Notes: generated from the letters alone by a model not told the origin. A stretch of 64,000 nucleotides of DNA from Candidatus Sulfobium sp. (GCA_037380845.1 JARRRI010000022.1:73289-137288), one strand, 5' to 3'. Shown: positions 40,186 to 53,728, counted from the first letter of the stretch. A program made the numbers and translations.

Positions 40186-40857
40186 CTAATAGTAAACCTG
40201 AAACAGCCTCAGGAAAAACCTTATAAAGGGCATGATGAACGAATTCGCGATGCCGGTATAGATAAGTATGATAACAATAATAAAACCGTAAGGTTCGATC
40301 CTGCTGAAAGAAATGGCCTGCCTCTGGGGAAGAAGGCCGGTGAGCACGCGTCCCCCGTCAAGCGGAGGTATGGGGATCATATTGAATACCGCGAGGACTA
40401 CGTTTATGACGATGCTCGAAGTAAATATCATCGCAAGGGGCCTCAAAACCGTCTCCACAAAAGATGGCGGCACGAAGGAGGCCAGGGGGGTAATGATGAC
40501 CTTCAGAACAAGGAAACTGAGGAAGGCGAGGACAAGGTTCGTCACAGGCCCGGCAGCAGCGGATACCGCCATATCCCTTCTGGGGTTTTTGAAGTTCATG
40601 GGGTTTATCGGCACCGGCTTGGCGTATCCGAAAACGAACTGCCCGTGCGTCACAACGATCAGCAGAAAGGGCAGCAGGATGGTCCCGAAAAGGTCTATAT
40701 GCGCTATCGGGTTCAGCGTGAGGCGGCCCAGCATCTTGGCGGTGGGGTCTCCCAGTTTGTTGGCGACCAGCCCGTGGGACACCTCGTGAAAGGTTATCGC
40801 TATCAGAATGGGCAGGGCCGATATCAGAAGCTGTCGTGCAATGTTTGCAGAATCCAA
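40186..40857 (-). CDS. Site-2 protease (M50)
   Basis: HEVSH, AAGPVTN, FNMIPIPPLDG. Confidence 0.92.
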   Translation of the reverse strand: MDSANIARQLLISALPILIAITFHEVSHGLVANKLGDPTAKMLGRLTLNPIAHIDLFGTILLPFLLIVVTHGQFVFGYAKPVPINPMNFKNPRRDMAVSAAAGPVTNLVLAFLSFLVLKVIITPLASFVPPSFVETVLRPLAMIFTSSIVINVVLAVFNMIPIPPLDGGRVLTGLLPQRQAISFSRIEPYGFIIVIILIYTGIANSFIMPFIRFFLRLFQVYY

Positions 40858-40936
40858 AATATCTTACCTTAAATTTGAAGTCTCTACGGATTGCCGATCA
40901 GACAGGGTGCGAAACACCGTCGGCCGCGTCTTGCCT

Positions 40937-42700
40937 CTATTCCCTCATGTCGTCGCATGCGAGGGCGCTCTGAGGGTACTCAACGCTATCGGAAATATTC
41001 CATATGAGTTCGAAATTACAGATGATAACTTCCGGTTCGCCGTAACTATTATTCATAATCTCCCTGTTGCTGTCAACGGCCAGCAGCACGTCGTTGGCCT
41101 TCAACAGAGAGCCGTCGTAGCCGGCTTCTCTCAACTTCCGCTTGACCCTGTCCAGAAGCGCAAGGCATGAGGAATCGTCTATAAGACCGTTGTATACAGC
41201 CTTGGACAGGTCCGTCGGCATGTAAAGGGGGCCCTGTTCGGCAACGGAACAATCGGGGCCGTTGTAATACCCGCGGATCGTGATATAGTTGCGGTTTTCC
41301 TGGAGGATGGGGTTGCCCTCGGGGTCCAGGATATGCTTGTGCGAGTCGTACCGCCTGAAATCGGCGGAGGGTTCTATCTTTGTGCTTCCGGTCATATATA
41401 TGGCCCTCACGTAAACCGACGGTATGCCTATCTGATTCAGCCTGTGGGCGATGGCAAATTCTTCAAAAGGACTGTTTATGCCGTATTTGCGTATCTTCGG
41501 GTCGTACCTGTCCTCGTCCTCCTCGTCCGGCATTTCTCCCACGCGCGAAGTCTTCCAGACCAGGTGGATATTGTCCTTCGTTATGGTATAAAACACTTCC
41601 TTTGTCGCGGACAGCTTCAGGGAGGGGGTCTTCCTCCACCGTTCCGGAAGGAAATAGTCGAACAGGCGGGCGTTTCTTCCTACCACCCACAGGTGTCCGC
41701 CGGTGCTCTCGGCATGTCCGTACATGTAAGGCACACCGAAGACCTCCATTCCGCTCAGATGATCGGGGAGCGGGGTCGGCTTGAAGCGGTCCCTCTGGTC
41801 ATCCAGATAGCAGTGCCTCCGCGACTGCTTCACCGCGTTCTCATGCTCGGCGGTCCTGAAAAGAAGCTCGTAATCTATCACGGCGTACCTGCCGTCGCGA
41901 ATAAGCCCGTACAGAAGGCCAACCTGCCGGCGGGGCACATCGACATCGTCCTCATCCCGGCCCATCTCCTCGATGACCAGCGTATCGTCTTCGTTGATTA
42001 TGATATGCTCCGGCTTCATGTCGGCCACCAGATAACCCTTTTTCTGGAGGTCGGCTATCACTTTGTAATTGATCACCTTAAGATGTTCGGTAATTTCATC
42101 GTCGTTGATGTCTATATGTTCGAAGACCTCGAAAAGGTTCTTCCCCTTTATCCATTCGTAAACCATTTTGTACTGTTTCAGGATGTCCAGGTTTATGCCC
42201 GGGTGTTTTGCCTGTATCCGGTTGATCTTTGACCGCGACCGGCCGCTCTGCCACGGCTGCATTTTTTCGGGAGGGACATAAATGGCCAGGGGTCGCTGGG
42301 TCCTTACCTTCATCTCCCTGGGACCGTACGTGCTCTCCCTCATTTCGGCAACCAGGGAAAACTCTTCCCAGGGGCTGTTGAACTCGGCGTCGCAGAACTC
42401 CTGCAGGGTGTGAGTGTCCAGCGGTACGTCTTCCCCCACCCTGCAGTTCTTGACCACCAGGTCGAGGCTCCTTCCGTTGACCTTCTTCGTAGGCACCCTG
42501 TAAACCGAGCTGGTACCTTTGAGTCTTATACGGTGTTCGTTGAACCACGCCTTTTCGTACCAGTTTTCGAGCTCGAAATGCTCGAGATAGGGCTCCGCAA
42601 AACGGGTGAGATAGAGGTCGCCGCCGTCGCTAGTTTTCACGTGGAAATATACCACGTGCAAGACGTTGACCAGGGATTTCTTTGAGATCAGGTGTTCCAT
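40937..42700 (-). CDS. Hypothetical protein with two tandem kinase-like halves
   Basis: Repeated V(V/W)K..RVGE and NSP(W/F)EEF; ADMKPEH and IDYEL in the first half. Confidence 0.7.
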   Translation of the reverse strand: MEHLISKKSLVNVLHVVYFHVKTSDGGDLYLTRFAEPYLEHFELENWYEKAWFNEHRIRLKGTSSVYRVPTKKVNGRSLDLVVKNCRVGEDVPLDTHTLQEFCDAEFNSPWEEFSLVAEMRESTYGPREMKVRTQRPLAIYVPPEKMQPWQSGRSRSKINRIQAKHPGINLDILKQYKMVYEWIKGKNLFEVFEHIDINDDEITEHLKVINYKVIADLQKKGYLVADMKPEHIIINEDDTLVIEEMGRDEDDVDVPRRQVGLLYGLIRDGRYAVIDYELLFRTAEHENAVKQSRRHCYLDDQRDRFKPTPLPDHLSGMEVFGVPYMYGHAESTGGHLWVVGRNARLFDYFLPERWRKTPSLKLSATKEVFYTITKDNIHLVWKTSRVGEMPDEEDEDRYDPKIRKYGINSPFEEFAIAHRLNQIGIPSVYVRAIYMTGSTKIEPSADFRRYDSHKHILDPEGNPILQENRNYITIRGYYNGPDCSVAEQGPLYMPTDLSKAVYNGLIDDSSCLALLDRVKRKLREAGYDGSLLKANDVLLAVDSNREIMNNSYGEPEVIICNFELIWNISDSVEYPQSALACDDMRE

Positions 42701-42758
42701 GTTTCAAGCAGCCCGTAATTCATCACATCCTGCGGGGGGCCATATTTCCTGCCGGCGC

Positions 42759-44564
42759 CTATCCCAGGCGCTTTCTCAACTCCTCAAGCTGTCTGGCCAG
42801 TCTTTCCGGCAGCCGCTCACCGAACATAGCGAAATGTCTCTCGATATCGGGCAATTCGGCGACCCAGGCCTCCCGGTCTATTCTCATCAGCTCCTCCATG
42901 TTTTCGGGCGGCACATCAAGCCCCGAAAGGTCCAGGTCACCGTCGTTCGGCAACAGGCCGATCGGCGTCTCCCGTGCGCCCGCCTTGCCGTCGACCCTCT
43001 CGCACATCCATTTCAGGACCCTGCTGTTGTCGCTGAATCCCGGCCACAGGAACGCTCCTTCCGGGCTCTTCCTGAACCAGTTCACATAAAATATCCTCGG
43101 CGCCTTATCGCCGAGCCTGTCGCCCATGTCGAGCCAGTGCCGGAAGTAGTCCCCCATGTGATAGCCGCAGAAGGGCTTCATGGCGAAGGGGTCGCGGCGC
43201 AGGTTGCCGACGGCGCCGATGTTCGCGGAAGTAGTCTCCGAAGCGGATGTCGAGCCGAGGAAGACACCATGGTCCCAGTCATAAGCCTCGTGTACCAGGG
43301 GGACGACACTGGCCCGGCGGCCGCCGAAAATAAAGATGTCTATGGGAACGCCGCCGGGGTTCTCCCAGTCCTTGCAGATAACGGGACATTGAGAAGCCGG
43401 AGCGGTGAAACGCGCATTGGGATGGGCCGCGTCGGCCCTGCTCTGAGGGGTCCAGTCCTTTCCCTTCCAGTCTATGAGGTGATCCGGCACGTCGTCGGTC
43501 ATACCCTCCCACCACACGTCTCCGTCGTCGGTAAGGGCGCAGTTGGTGAAGATGACATTTTCCCTCACCATGTCCATCGCCACGGGATTCGTGTCATACG
43601 ATGTGCCGGGAGCAACTCCGAAAAAGCCGTTTTCGGGGTTTATGGCGTGAAGACGGCCGTCCGGGCCGATCTTCATCCAGGCTATGTCATCGCCGATGCA
43701 CTCACATTTCCATCCCGGGATGGTGGGCCTCATCATCGCCAGGTTGGTCTTGCCGCAGGCCGAAGGAAAGGCCGCTGCGACGTGATACTGCCTGCCTTCG
43801 GGGCTGGTGAGGCGCAGGATGAGCATATGCTCGGCCATCCAGCCTTCCCGCTTCGCCATGGCCGATGCGATACGGAGGGCCAGACATTTCTTGCCCAGAA
43901 GGGCGTTCCCGCCGTAACCGGAGCCATAGGACCAGATCAGGTTCTCCTCCGGGAAATGACTGATGTACTTTTTTTCGATGGGGGCGCAGGGCCACAGCAC
44001 ATCTTCCTGTTCCTCGGTCAGCGGTGCTCCCACAGAATGAAGGCAGGGAATAAACTCCCGGTCCCCGGAGAGCATCTCGTAGATCCTCGCGTTCACCCGG
44101 GTCATGATGTGCATGTTGCAGACCACATACGGGCTGTCCGTCACCTCGACACCTATCTTCGAAATTGGAGAGCCGATGGGTCCCATCGAAAACGGGATCA
44201 CGTACATGGTGCGACCTTTCATGCATCCCTCGTACAACTCCTTCATCGTCTTTTTGAGTTCGCCGGGAGACAGCCAGTTGTTCGTGGGCCCCGCCTCTTC
44301 CCTGCTGGACGTACTGATAAAAGTACGGTCCTCGACGCGGGCCACATCGCTGGGGTCGGACCTGAAGAGAAAACTGTTGGGCCTCTTCGCAAGCGCGGTG
44401 GAGCCCCCGGCAGCCACCATCTTCGCCATCATCCCCTCGTATTCTTCCCTGCTTCCGTCACACCAGTAAATGCTGTCGGGCCGGCACATGTCGGCGACTT
44501 CCTTGACCCAGTTTTTCAGCTTTTCGTTGTTGACTTTCACCGCTCCTTTGACCAGACTCTGCAT
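42759..44564 (-). CDS. pckG: Phosphoenolpyruvate carboxykinase (GTP)
   Basis: [53 protein letters not shown] before ATG 44564. Confidence 0.96.
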   Translation of the reverse strand: MQSLVKGAVKVNNEKLKNWVKEVADMCRPDSIYWCDGSREEYEGMMAKMVAAGGSTALAKRPNSFLFRSDPSDVARVEDRTFISTSSREEAGPTNNWLSPGELKKTMKELYEGCMKGRTMYVIPFSMGPIGSPISKIGVEVTDSPYVVCNMHIMTRVNARIYEMLSGDREFIPCLHSVGAPLTEEQEDVLWPCAPIEKKYISHFPEENLIWSYGSGYGGNALLGKKCLALRIASAMAKREGWMAEHMLILRLTSPEGRQYHVAAAFPSACGKTNLAMMRPTIPGWKCECIGDDIAWMKIGPDGRLHAINPENGFFGVAPGTSYDTNPVAMDMVRENVIFTNCALTDDGDVWWEGMTDDVPDHLIDWKGKDWTPQSRADAAHPNARFTAPASQCPVICKDWENPGGVPIDIFIFGGRRASVVPLVHEAYDWDHGVFLGSTSASETTSANIGAVGNLRRDPFAMKPFCGYHMGDYFRHWLDMGDRLGDKAPRIFYVNWFRKSPEGAFLWPGFSDNSRVLKWMCERVDGKAGARETPIGLLPNDGDLDLSGLDVPPENMEELMRIDREAWVAELPDIERHFAMFGERLPERLARQLEELRKRLG

Positions 44565-44820
44565 AGGAATTTTCTCCTTCAAGAACTCTTTTTTTCTCGG
44601 CTGCACGACAGTCCCGGAGGACCGTCCGTCCGGTCCTCCACATTGGTTCAATAAGCCTTCGGATACAGGTTATTTTAGAATAATGTAAAGTGCCCAGTCA
44701 AAATAACCGCATTTATCTTCCCGGCCGGGTATGATATAATTTTCTGGGCGCTGAGCAGATGACCGTGGGAGGTTTTCGGTTTCCGCGGGGAATATTATAT
44801 AATTAAACTTTGATTAGGCT

Positions 44821-47240
<2,420 letters not shown>

Positions 47241-47463
47241 CGGTCGACATATTATTATTCAGAGCCCGATTTGAGACGCAGCCGGTTATCGGAAGGTCCG
47301 TCCCGGACGCATTTGCGGACTGCCCGGAATTTTCGGGGACTCCTTGGAAGAAGAAGGCCCGTTTCCGGCGGGATGAGGAGAATTTTCCGGGGATGACAAA
47401 TTGTGAGCGCATACACATACACCGACGGGGGTTTGCGTATAAAATATGATCTGCGTCACCGGT

Positions 47464-47492
47464 GATTCCCGTCTGAGCACTGCGGGAATGAC
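47464..47492. repeat. Half copy of the GTCATTCCCG-family REP-like element
   Basis: gattcccg...gcgggaatgac. Confidence 0.6.
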
Positions 47493-47547
47493 AGTTCGGG
47501 CAGCATTTACCATGAGACTGTTAATATAATACTCACTGAACTGACCT

Positions 47548-48375
47548 ATGGAAATAACGATTGGCAACAGGATAATCGTCGGCCGCGGCCGGCCTCTTGT
47601 GATCATTGCCGGACCCTGCGTGATCGAAAATGAGGAGGTGACCTTCTATACGGCGGAAAAACTGAGCGGCATATGCTCGGCCGCGGGCCTTCCTCTGATC
47701 TTCAAGAGCTCCTTCGACAAGGCTAACCGGACCTCTCTGGACTCTTTCAGAGGACCTGGCATCGAGCGCGGCCTCAGGATACTGGCCGACGTTAAGCAAA
47801 GATTCAACCTCCCCGTGCTGTCGGACATACATTCGGTTGAGGAGGCGGGCCCGGCCTCGGAAGTCCTTGATGTGCTCCAGGTCCCGGCCTTCCTCTGCCG
47901 GCAGACAGACCTGGTAATCGCTGCGGCGCAGACCGGAAGACCGGTAAATGTGAAAAAAGGACAGTTCCTTGCACCCTGGGACGTGAGGAACATCGTGGAA
48001 AAGTTTCTTTCGACGGGGAACCCGGGTCTGCTCCTTACCGAACGGGGCGCCTCCTTCGGTTATAACAATCTGGTGGTCGATTTCCGCAGCCTGCCGATTA
48101 TGCGTTCCTTCGGTCAGCCGGTCATCTTTGATGTGACGCACAGCCTGCAGCTTCCCGGCGGCGACGGGTCCTGCTCGGGGGGACAGAGGGAATTCGCGGA
48201 ACCCCTTGCCAGGGCCGCCGTTGCGGTAGGGGTCGAAGGTCTCTTCCTGGAAGTGCATCCGGAGCCGGGGAAGGCCCTTTGCGACGGACCCAATATGATG
48301 GTACTGGATTCCCTGCGGCCCTTCCTGGAGACCGTGAAGGCCTTCCATGAACTGGCGGCCGGGAGGGGGGCATAA
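47548..48375 (+). CDS. kdsA: KDO8P synthase
   Basis: [35 protein letters not shown]. Confidence 0.96.
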   Translation: MEITIGNRIIVGRGRPLVIIAGPCVIENEEVTFYTAEKLSGICSAAGLPLIFKSSFDKANRTSLDSFRGPGIERGLRILADVKQRFNLPVLSDIHSVEEAGPASEVLDVLQVPAFLCRQTDLVIAAAQTGRPVNVKKGQFLAPWDVRNIVEKFLSTGNPGLLLTERGASFGYNNLVVDFRSLPIMRSFGQPVIFDVTHSLQLPGGDGSCSGGQREFAEPLARAAVAVGVEGLFLEVHPEPGKALCDGPNMMVLDSLRPFLETVKAFHELAAGRGA

Positions 48376-48376
48376 C

Positions 48377-49345
48377 ATGGACGACATTCTTGATATAGCA
48401 AGGAAGGTCCTCAGGACCGAAGCGGATGCCGTTGCGGGACTGATCGAAAAGCTCGACGGCAGCTTCGAACGGGCCGTGGAGCTCATTTCCGAAAGCCGGG
48501 GCAGGGTGGTGGTGACCGGGATGGGCAAATCGGGCCTGGTAGGGAAGAAAATCGCGGCAACCCTGGCCTCGACAGGCACTCCTTCCTTCTTCATGCATCC
48601 GGCAGAGGCAAGCCACGGAGACCTCGGCATGGTGACGGCCCTTGATGCGATCATCGCCATCTCCAACAGCGGAGAGACGGAAGAACTCGTCGGACTTATC
48701 CCCTTCGTAAAGAGGTTTAATGTCCGGTTGATCGCCCTCACCGGCAATCCGCTTTCCACTATTTCCCGCGCTGCCGACATAAGCCTCGACGTATCCGTCA
48801 GGGAGGAGGCCTGTACCCTGGGTGTCGTGCCGACGGCCTCCACGACCGCGGCCCTGGCGATGGGCGACGCCCTCGCCGTGGCACTCCTGATCAAGAGGGG
48901 GTTCAGGGAAGAAGACTTCGCCTTCTTCCATCCGAGAGGGGCCCTGGGCAAAAAGCTTCTCACCCGGGTGGAGGACCTCATGCACAAGGGAGATGCTCTG
49001 CCGCTCATATCCGCAGACACACCCATGACCCGGGCCGTTGTCGAGATATCCTCCAAGCGGCTGGGCCTGGCGGTAGTAGCAGGCGCCGACGGAAAGACGC
49101 TCGGTATCATAACCGACGGAGACGTGAGGCGGGGCATAGAAAAGTGGGGCAAGACCTTCTTCGATCTTAATGCGGAGGACGTCATGTCGAAAAACCCCAA
49201 AACCGTCACTGTCCACGAACTTGCCGCAAAGGCCCTGTCGATCATGGAGGAACTCTCCATCACCGCCCTCATCGTCCCCGACGAACAGGGCTGCGCGACA
49301 GGAGTGATCCATATCCACGATATCCTGAGACAGGGGATAGCGTGA
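48377..49345 (+). CDS. kdsD: Arabinose 5-phosphate isomerase (KpsF/GutQ)
   Basis: GMGKSG, HPAEASHGDLG, PTASTT, CBS pair. Confidence 0.94.
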   Translation: MDDILDIARKVLRTEADAVAGLIEKLDGSFERAVELISESRGRVVVTGMGKSGLVGKKIAATLASTGTPSFFMHPAEASHGDLGMVTALDAIIAISNSGETEELVGLIPFVKRFNVRLIALTGNPLSTISRAADISLDVSVREEACTLGVVPTASTTAALAMGDALAVALLIKRGFREEDFAFFHPRGALGKKLLTRVEDLMHKGDALPLISADTPMTRAVVEISSKRLGLAVVAGADGKTLGIITDGDVRRGIEKWGKTFFDLNAEDVMSKNPKTVTVHELAAKALSIMEELSITALIVPDEQGCATGVIHIHDILRQGIA

Positions 49346-49896
49346 GTTTGAAAAGACGGAACCGGGCCGGCATTTCCGCGGCGGAGGCTGCGGTCAGGAC
49401 CAGGCTCCTTATTCTCGACGTGGACGGTGTTCTCACGGACGGCAGCATCATCCTGGACAACGAGGGCAACGAGTACAAGTCCTTCCATGTGCGGGACGGC
49501 CACGGCATCAAGATGCTTCTTCACGCCGGGATACGGGTGGCCATCATCACCGGCCGTTTTTCGAAGGTCGTTGAGCGGAGGGCCAAAGAGCTCGGCATCA
49601 CCGAGGTACATCAGAAATGCATGGACAAACGGGCTGTTTACACCGCCCTTGCCGAAAAATATGCCTTGTCTGACGAGGAGATAGCCTATATGGGAGACGA
49701 CATTGTCGACGCCCCGGTCATGGAGACGGCCGGCCTGCCGATTGCCGTCGACGACGCCGATGAGGAGGTAAAGAAATACGCGCTGCACGTTACACACAAC
49801 AAGGGCGGCAGAGGAGCAGTGAGGGAGGTAAGCGACCTTATCCTGAAGTCCAGGGGCCTCTGGGAGGGGATTGTCCGTGAGTACTTTGAGACTTAA
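49342..49896 (+). CDS. kdsC: KDO8P phosphatase
   Basis: DVDGVLTDG, DGHG, YMGDD, GGRGAVRE. Confidence 0.93.
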   Translation: MSLKRRNRAGISAAEAAVRTRLLILDVDGVLTDGSIILDNEGNEYKSFHVRDGHGIKMLLHAGIRVAIITGRFSKVVERRAKELGITEVHQKCMDKRAVYTALAEKYALSDEEIAYMGDDIVDAPVMETAGLPIAVDDADEEVKKYALHVTHNKGGRGAVREVSDLILKSRGLWEGIVREYFET

Positions 49897-50419
49897 CGCC
49901 CCGACGGTCCTCACTCTGAGCAGGATCTTCCTTATACCCTTCTTCGTGCTCTCCGTTTACAGTTATCCTGTCCTGGGGGCCGCCGTTTTCAGCGTAGCGT
50001 CCACCACGGATTTTCTCGACGGCTACCTGGCCCGCCGCTCCGGACAGGTCACCAAGTTCGGTATTATCCTGGACCCCATCGCGGACAAGTTCCTGGTCAT
50101 ATCCGCCCTTATCGTCCTCGTCGACATGGAAAGACTTTCGGCATGGATAGCGATCATCCTCATAGTGAGGGAGTTCCTCGTCACCGCCCTCAGGGTGGTC
50201 GCCCTTTCCAGGAATATAGTGATACCCGCGGAGATGGGCGGGAAACTCAAGACGGGCGCCCAGATAACGGCGATACTCTGCCTCATCCTGACGGGCAGCA
50301 TATTCGACCACCTGCCCCTGGACCTCTATGATCTCGGTCTCATTTTTATCTGGATCGCCCTGGTGCTCTCCGTGGTTTCCGCGGTCAGGTATACCATAAG
50401 CTTCTGGAGACGCATTTGA
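49877..50419 (+). CDS. pgsA: Phosphatidylglycerophosphate synthase
   Basis: TDFLDGYLAR..GQVT.FG..LDPIADK, REFLVT, GKLKT. Confidence 0.92.
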   Translation: MSTLRLNAPTVLTLSRIFLIPFFVLSVYSYPVLGAAVFSVASTTDFLDGYLARRSGQVTKFGIILDPIADKFLVISALIVLVDMERLSAWIAIILIVREFLVTALRVVALSRNIVIPAEMGGKLKTGAQITAILCLILTGSIFDHLPLDLYDLGLIFIWIALVLSVVSAVRYTISFWRRI

Positions 50420-51000
50420 ACATATTCATTCTCTACGCAGCCGGCTTCCTTATCGGCTCCATACCGACCGGGCAGCTCATCGCCAGGAGCAGGGGCATCG
50501 ACCTGAGAAAAAAAGGAAGCGGCAACATCGGGGCCACCAATGTACTGCGCACCGCCGGCAGATGGCCCGCCATTTTCACCCTGGTCGGAGACATCGCGAA
50601 AGGTGCGGCGGCCGTCCTGCTGGGAAGGCATTTCGGAGCCGGTCCCGTACAGGCGGGGGTCATCGGGTTGTGCGCCATACTGGGACATAATTTTTCGCTC
50701 TTTCTTAAATTCAGGGGGGGCAAAGGGGTGGCCACCAGCATCGGCGTGCTGAGTGTCTACTCTCCACAAACCGGACTCTTTACTATTATAATATGGCTGA
50801 TGACGGTTTTTATCTCCAGATATTCGTCACTCGCTGCGCTGGTATCCTTCGGCATCCTGCCTCTGAGCATAAGTCTCCTCGACACCCGGGAAAAACTACC
50901 CGTAGCCCTGGTGATGACCGCCCTGATCTTTATCAGGCACAGGGAAAATATCGCCCGGCTTGCTCGGGGACAGGAACCTAAAGTGGGCTCGGGCCGATGA
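50416..51000 (+). CDS. plsY: Glycerol-3-phosphate acyltransferase
   Basis: GSGNIGATNVLR, GHNFS, GGKGVAT, RHRENIARL. Confidence 0.95.
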   Translation: MNIFILYAAGFLIGSIPTGQLIARSRGIDLRKKGSGNIGATNVLRTAGRWPAIFTLVGDIAKGAAAVLLGRHFGAGPVQAGVIGLCAILGHNFSLFLKFRGGKGVATSIGVLSVYSPQTGLFTIIIWLMTVFISRYSSLAALVSFGILPLSISLLDTREKLPVALVMTALIFIRHRENIARLARGQEPKVGSGR

Positions 51001-52688
51001 AGAGACTGCTCGCCGTCGCCCTCTTTTTGTTTGCGCTATGGCCCTCCCTTTCCCGCGCTGTCTCCTCCCCCGACGAACAGTTGAACAGGGGGGTCAGGAA
51101 CTCCGACGCCTGCGCCTACAATCTCATGGCAGAGGCTCGCCTGAACAGGCCTGACGAGCAGGCACTGCTTGAAAAGGCCCTCTCGTGTGCGCCGGACCTG
51201 CCGTCCGCCTATTTTGCCCTCTCCAGGGCAAGTTTTTCCCTTTCAGCTGCGGGGATACTGAAGAGTGTCGATTTTCTCATACAGGGCATGAACGCATATT
51301 CCAGAAATTTCTGGTGGTCTTTTTCGCTGAAGGCCTCATTGTTCTTCAGCCTTGCCCTTTCATTTATCATCGCCGTTACGCTGGTCGTCGTCACCAGGCT
51401 TTTCGGGGATGTCCCGCTGCTGACGCACGACATATCCGAGTCGGGAACGATGGCGGGGGTGCTGCCTCTTCTTCTCCTGCTGGCGCTTGCAGGACCGCTG
51501 GTCCTGATCGGATGCCTGCTGGTTATCCTTGCACTGTATATGAAGAAAACCGATAGGGTGCTCCTCTACATGTATCTCCTGTTTCTGCTGTTTTCCCCGC
51601 TCCTTTTCCGCACGGCATCCCTTTTTGTCAGTTCCTACTCGTCGGGCAGTCTGAAGGCGATCGTACAGACTAACGGCAACGGGGGCAACGGATATGCCCT
51701 TTCGGTCCTCGAAGGTCTTGACGACTATGACTCCCTGTTTACTTACGCTCTGGCCGAGAAGCGAGAAGGACATTACGAAAAGGCGATAAGCCTCTACGAA
51801 AGACTCCTGGAGAAAAAACCCGATGCCAGGGTTTATGTAGATCTTGGCAACTGTTATATAGGCCTTTACAATTTCAGGGAAAGCAGAAAATCATATCTGG
51901 ACAAGGCCGAAACCTTTTACAGGAAGGCGCTTGAGATCAAGCCGCTTGCATCGGCGTATTACAATATGTCTCAGGTCTCCCGGGAGCGGCTCGATTTTAC
52001 CGGGGGGAACGAATATTACAAATCAGCCCTCGGGCTCGACAGGGTGGCAGTGGCACTCTACAGCATGGAGTCGTCCAGAACCCCCAACAGGTTTGTGGCG
52101 GATGAGACACTCCCTGGGCCGGTCATCCGGAATTATATGAGGGCCCGGTACGAAAAAACGTCGGCCCTCGGCTTTACCCCTTTACCGGTGGTGCTCCTGC
52201 CTTTCTTCTCCTTACTGCTCTTCGGGGGGTTTTATCTGCTGAATACCTGGATGAGGGAACGGGCCTACCGGTGCAGAAAATGCAGTGCGGTCCTTTGCGC
52301 CAGATGTGGACAGAGTCTCGCCTGGGGCCAGATGTGCCCGGAGTGCTACGCCTCCCTTGTGAAGCTCGACGAGCTGGACGTAAAGGAGAGGGTCTCGAGG
52401 CTCCTTGCCATCTATGACCACGGCAGGAAACGGAGAAATATACTTAAAATCCTGTCGTTTACGCTGCCCGGCCTGTCCTATATATATGCAGGGAAGATGG
52501 TGACCGGATTCGCTTTTCTCTGGCCGTTCGTCTTTTTCGCCTTCTTGCCCCTGACACAATACGTGTTTTCCCCCGGAGACCTGTCGGGCTTCGGCTTTTT
52601 CAGCTGGCTGGCGGTAATCGTGGCGGCGGGGTTATGGATCGCCTCCAATCTTGTTACGAGAGAAAGGATATCGAGGGGATGGCTCTAG
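50997..52688 (+). CDS. Membrane TPR protein with C-terminal Cys-rich Zn-finger-like region
   Basis: Signal peptide, TM segments, TPR-like helices, CRKC..LCARC..MCPEC. Confidence 0.7.
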   Translation: MKRLLAVALFLFALWPSLSRAVSSPDEQLNRGVRNSDACAYNLMAEARLNRPDEQALLEKALSCAPDLPSAYFALSRASFSLSAAGILKSVDFLIQGMNAYSRNFWWSFSLKASLFFSLALSFIIAVTLVVVTRLFGDVPLLTHDISESGTMAGVLPLLLLLALAGPLVLIGCLLVILALYMKKTDRVLLYMYLLFLLFSPLLFRTASLFVSSYSSGSLKAIVQTNGNGGNGYALSVLEGLDDYDSLFTYALAEKREGHYEKAISLYERLLEKKPDARVYVDLGNCYIGLYNFRESRKSYLDKAETFYRKALEIKPLASAYYNMSQVSRERLDFTGGNEYYKSALGLDRVAVALYSMESSRTPNRFVADETLPGPVIRNYMRARYEKTSALGFTPLPVVLLPFFSLLLFGGFYLLNTWMRERAYRCRKCSAVLCARCGQSLAWGQMCPECYASLVKLDELDVKERVSRLLAIYDHGRKRRNILKILSFTLPGLSYIYAGKMVTGFAFLWPFVFFAFLPLTQYVFSPGDLSGFGFFSWLAVIVAAGLWIASNLVTRERISRGWL

Positions 52689-53728
52689 AAGGCTCTCTGA
52701 CCGATTTCGGGCTTGCCGACATCCTCCAGTTGATCTACTTTCAACGGAAGACGGGTATACTCGCCCTCGAGGGCAGGATGGACAGCGTAAAGCTGCTCTT
52801 CGTCGAAGGCAATATTACGGGGGCCGAGTCCAGAAGACGAAACGAAGACAACCGTTTAGGGAAGATCCTGATCAAGAAGGGGCTGATCGGTGAAGAGGAC
52901 CTCCGGACGGCCCTCGAAGAGCACCGAAAAACCGGCAACGGTCTGGGAAAAGTCCTGGCAGCGAAAAGACTGGTCGAAAAAGAGACGATAATCGAGATCA
53001 TCAAGGGGCAGATTACCGAAACCGTCATCCAGCTCTTCGGTTGGAAACAGGGCGCTTATGAGTTTACCTCCCAGGGTGTGCCCGTGGACAGGGAATTCTC
53101 TTTTTCGGTCGATACGCAGCATCTCCTGATGGAAGGGCTTCGCATACTGGATGAGTGGTCGGTCATAAAGGGAAAAATAAGTATTTATACCGTCTTCAGG
53201 AAGAGGTCGGCGGAAAAAGCGGGTCTCACAGACGAGGAAGAAGAGATGCTCCAATACGTCGACGGGGAAAACGATGTAAGCACCATCATAGACCTCACTT
53301 CTCACGACAGCTTTAACGTCTGCCGTATACTGCTGGGTCTGGCGGAGAAAGGGCTCATAGATGCAGTCGAGTCAGCGCCGGTCGCGGCGGGGGTCGAACC
53401 GGTGCGGAAACGAAAGGCGCTGCCGTTTCTGAATTACCTCGTCCCCGGCGCGATCGTCCTGTCTCTGGTGCTGGCTTTTTCCGTGGTGCTTGTAAACCGG
53501 GGAAATTACTTCAGGAAGTTGCGGGCTGCAGGACAGGTTTCGGAACTGAGGGCGAGGATAGACGCTTACCGTGTGGCAACCGGCGTATATCCCGACAGCC
53601 TCGAGGGGATGTCCCACACCGTGGACCCATGGGGAAGGCGTTTGGTCTACAGGGCATCGGGCAGTTCATATGCTCTCTGCAGCTCCGGCGCCGACGGAAT
53701 GGAGGGAACACCGGACGATGTTTACTGA
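52679..53728 (+). CDS. DUF4388 domain protein with TM segment and GspG-like C-terminus
   Basis: MALEGSLTDFGLADILQLI..RKTG, LLMEGLRILDE, DPWG..Y..SSGADG..GTPDD. Confidence 0.75.
   Translation: MALEGSLTDFGLADILQLIYFQRKTGILALEGRMDSVKLLFVEGNITGAESRRRNEDNRLGKILIKKGLIGEEDLRTALEEHRKTGNGLGKVLAAKRLVEKETIIEIIKGQITETVIQLFGWKQGAYEFTSQGVPVDREFSFSVDTQHLLMEGLRILDEWSVIKGKISIYTVFRKRSAEKAGLTDEEEEMLQYVDGENDVSTIIDLTSHDSFNVCRILLGLAEKGLIDAVESAPVAAGVEPVRKRKALPFLNYLVPGAIVLSLVLAFSVVLVNRGNYFRKLRAAGQVSELRARIDAYRVATGVYPDSLEGMSHTVDPWGRRLVYRASGSSYALCSSGADGMEGTPDDVY

Noticed and set aside
47399..47409. AATTGTGAGCG, identical to the lac operator left half
   Set aside because: Right half does not match, there is no LacI gene or vector sequence nearby, and an 11-bp match can occur by chance
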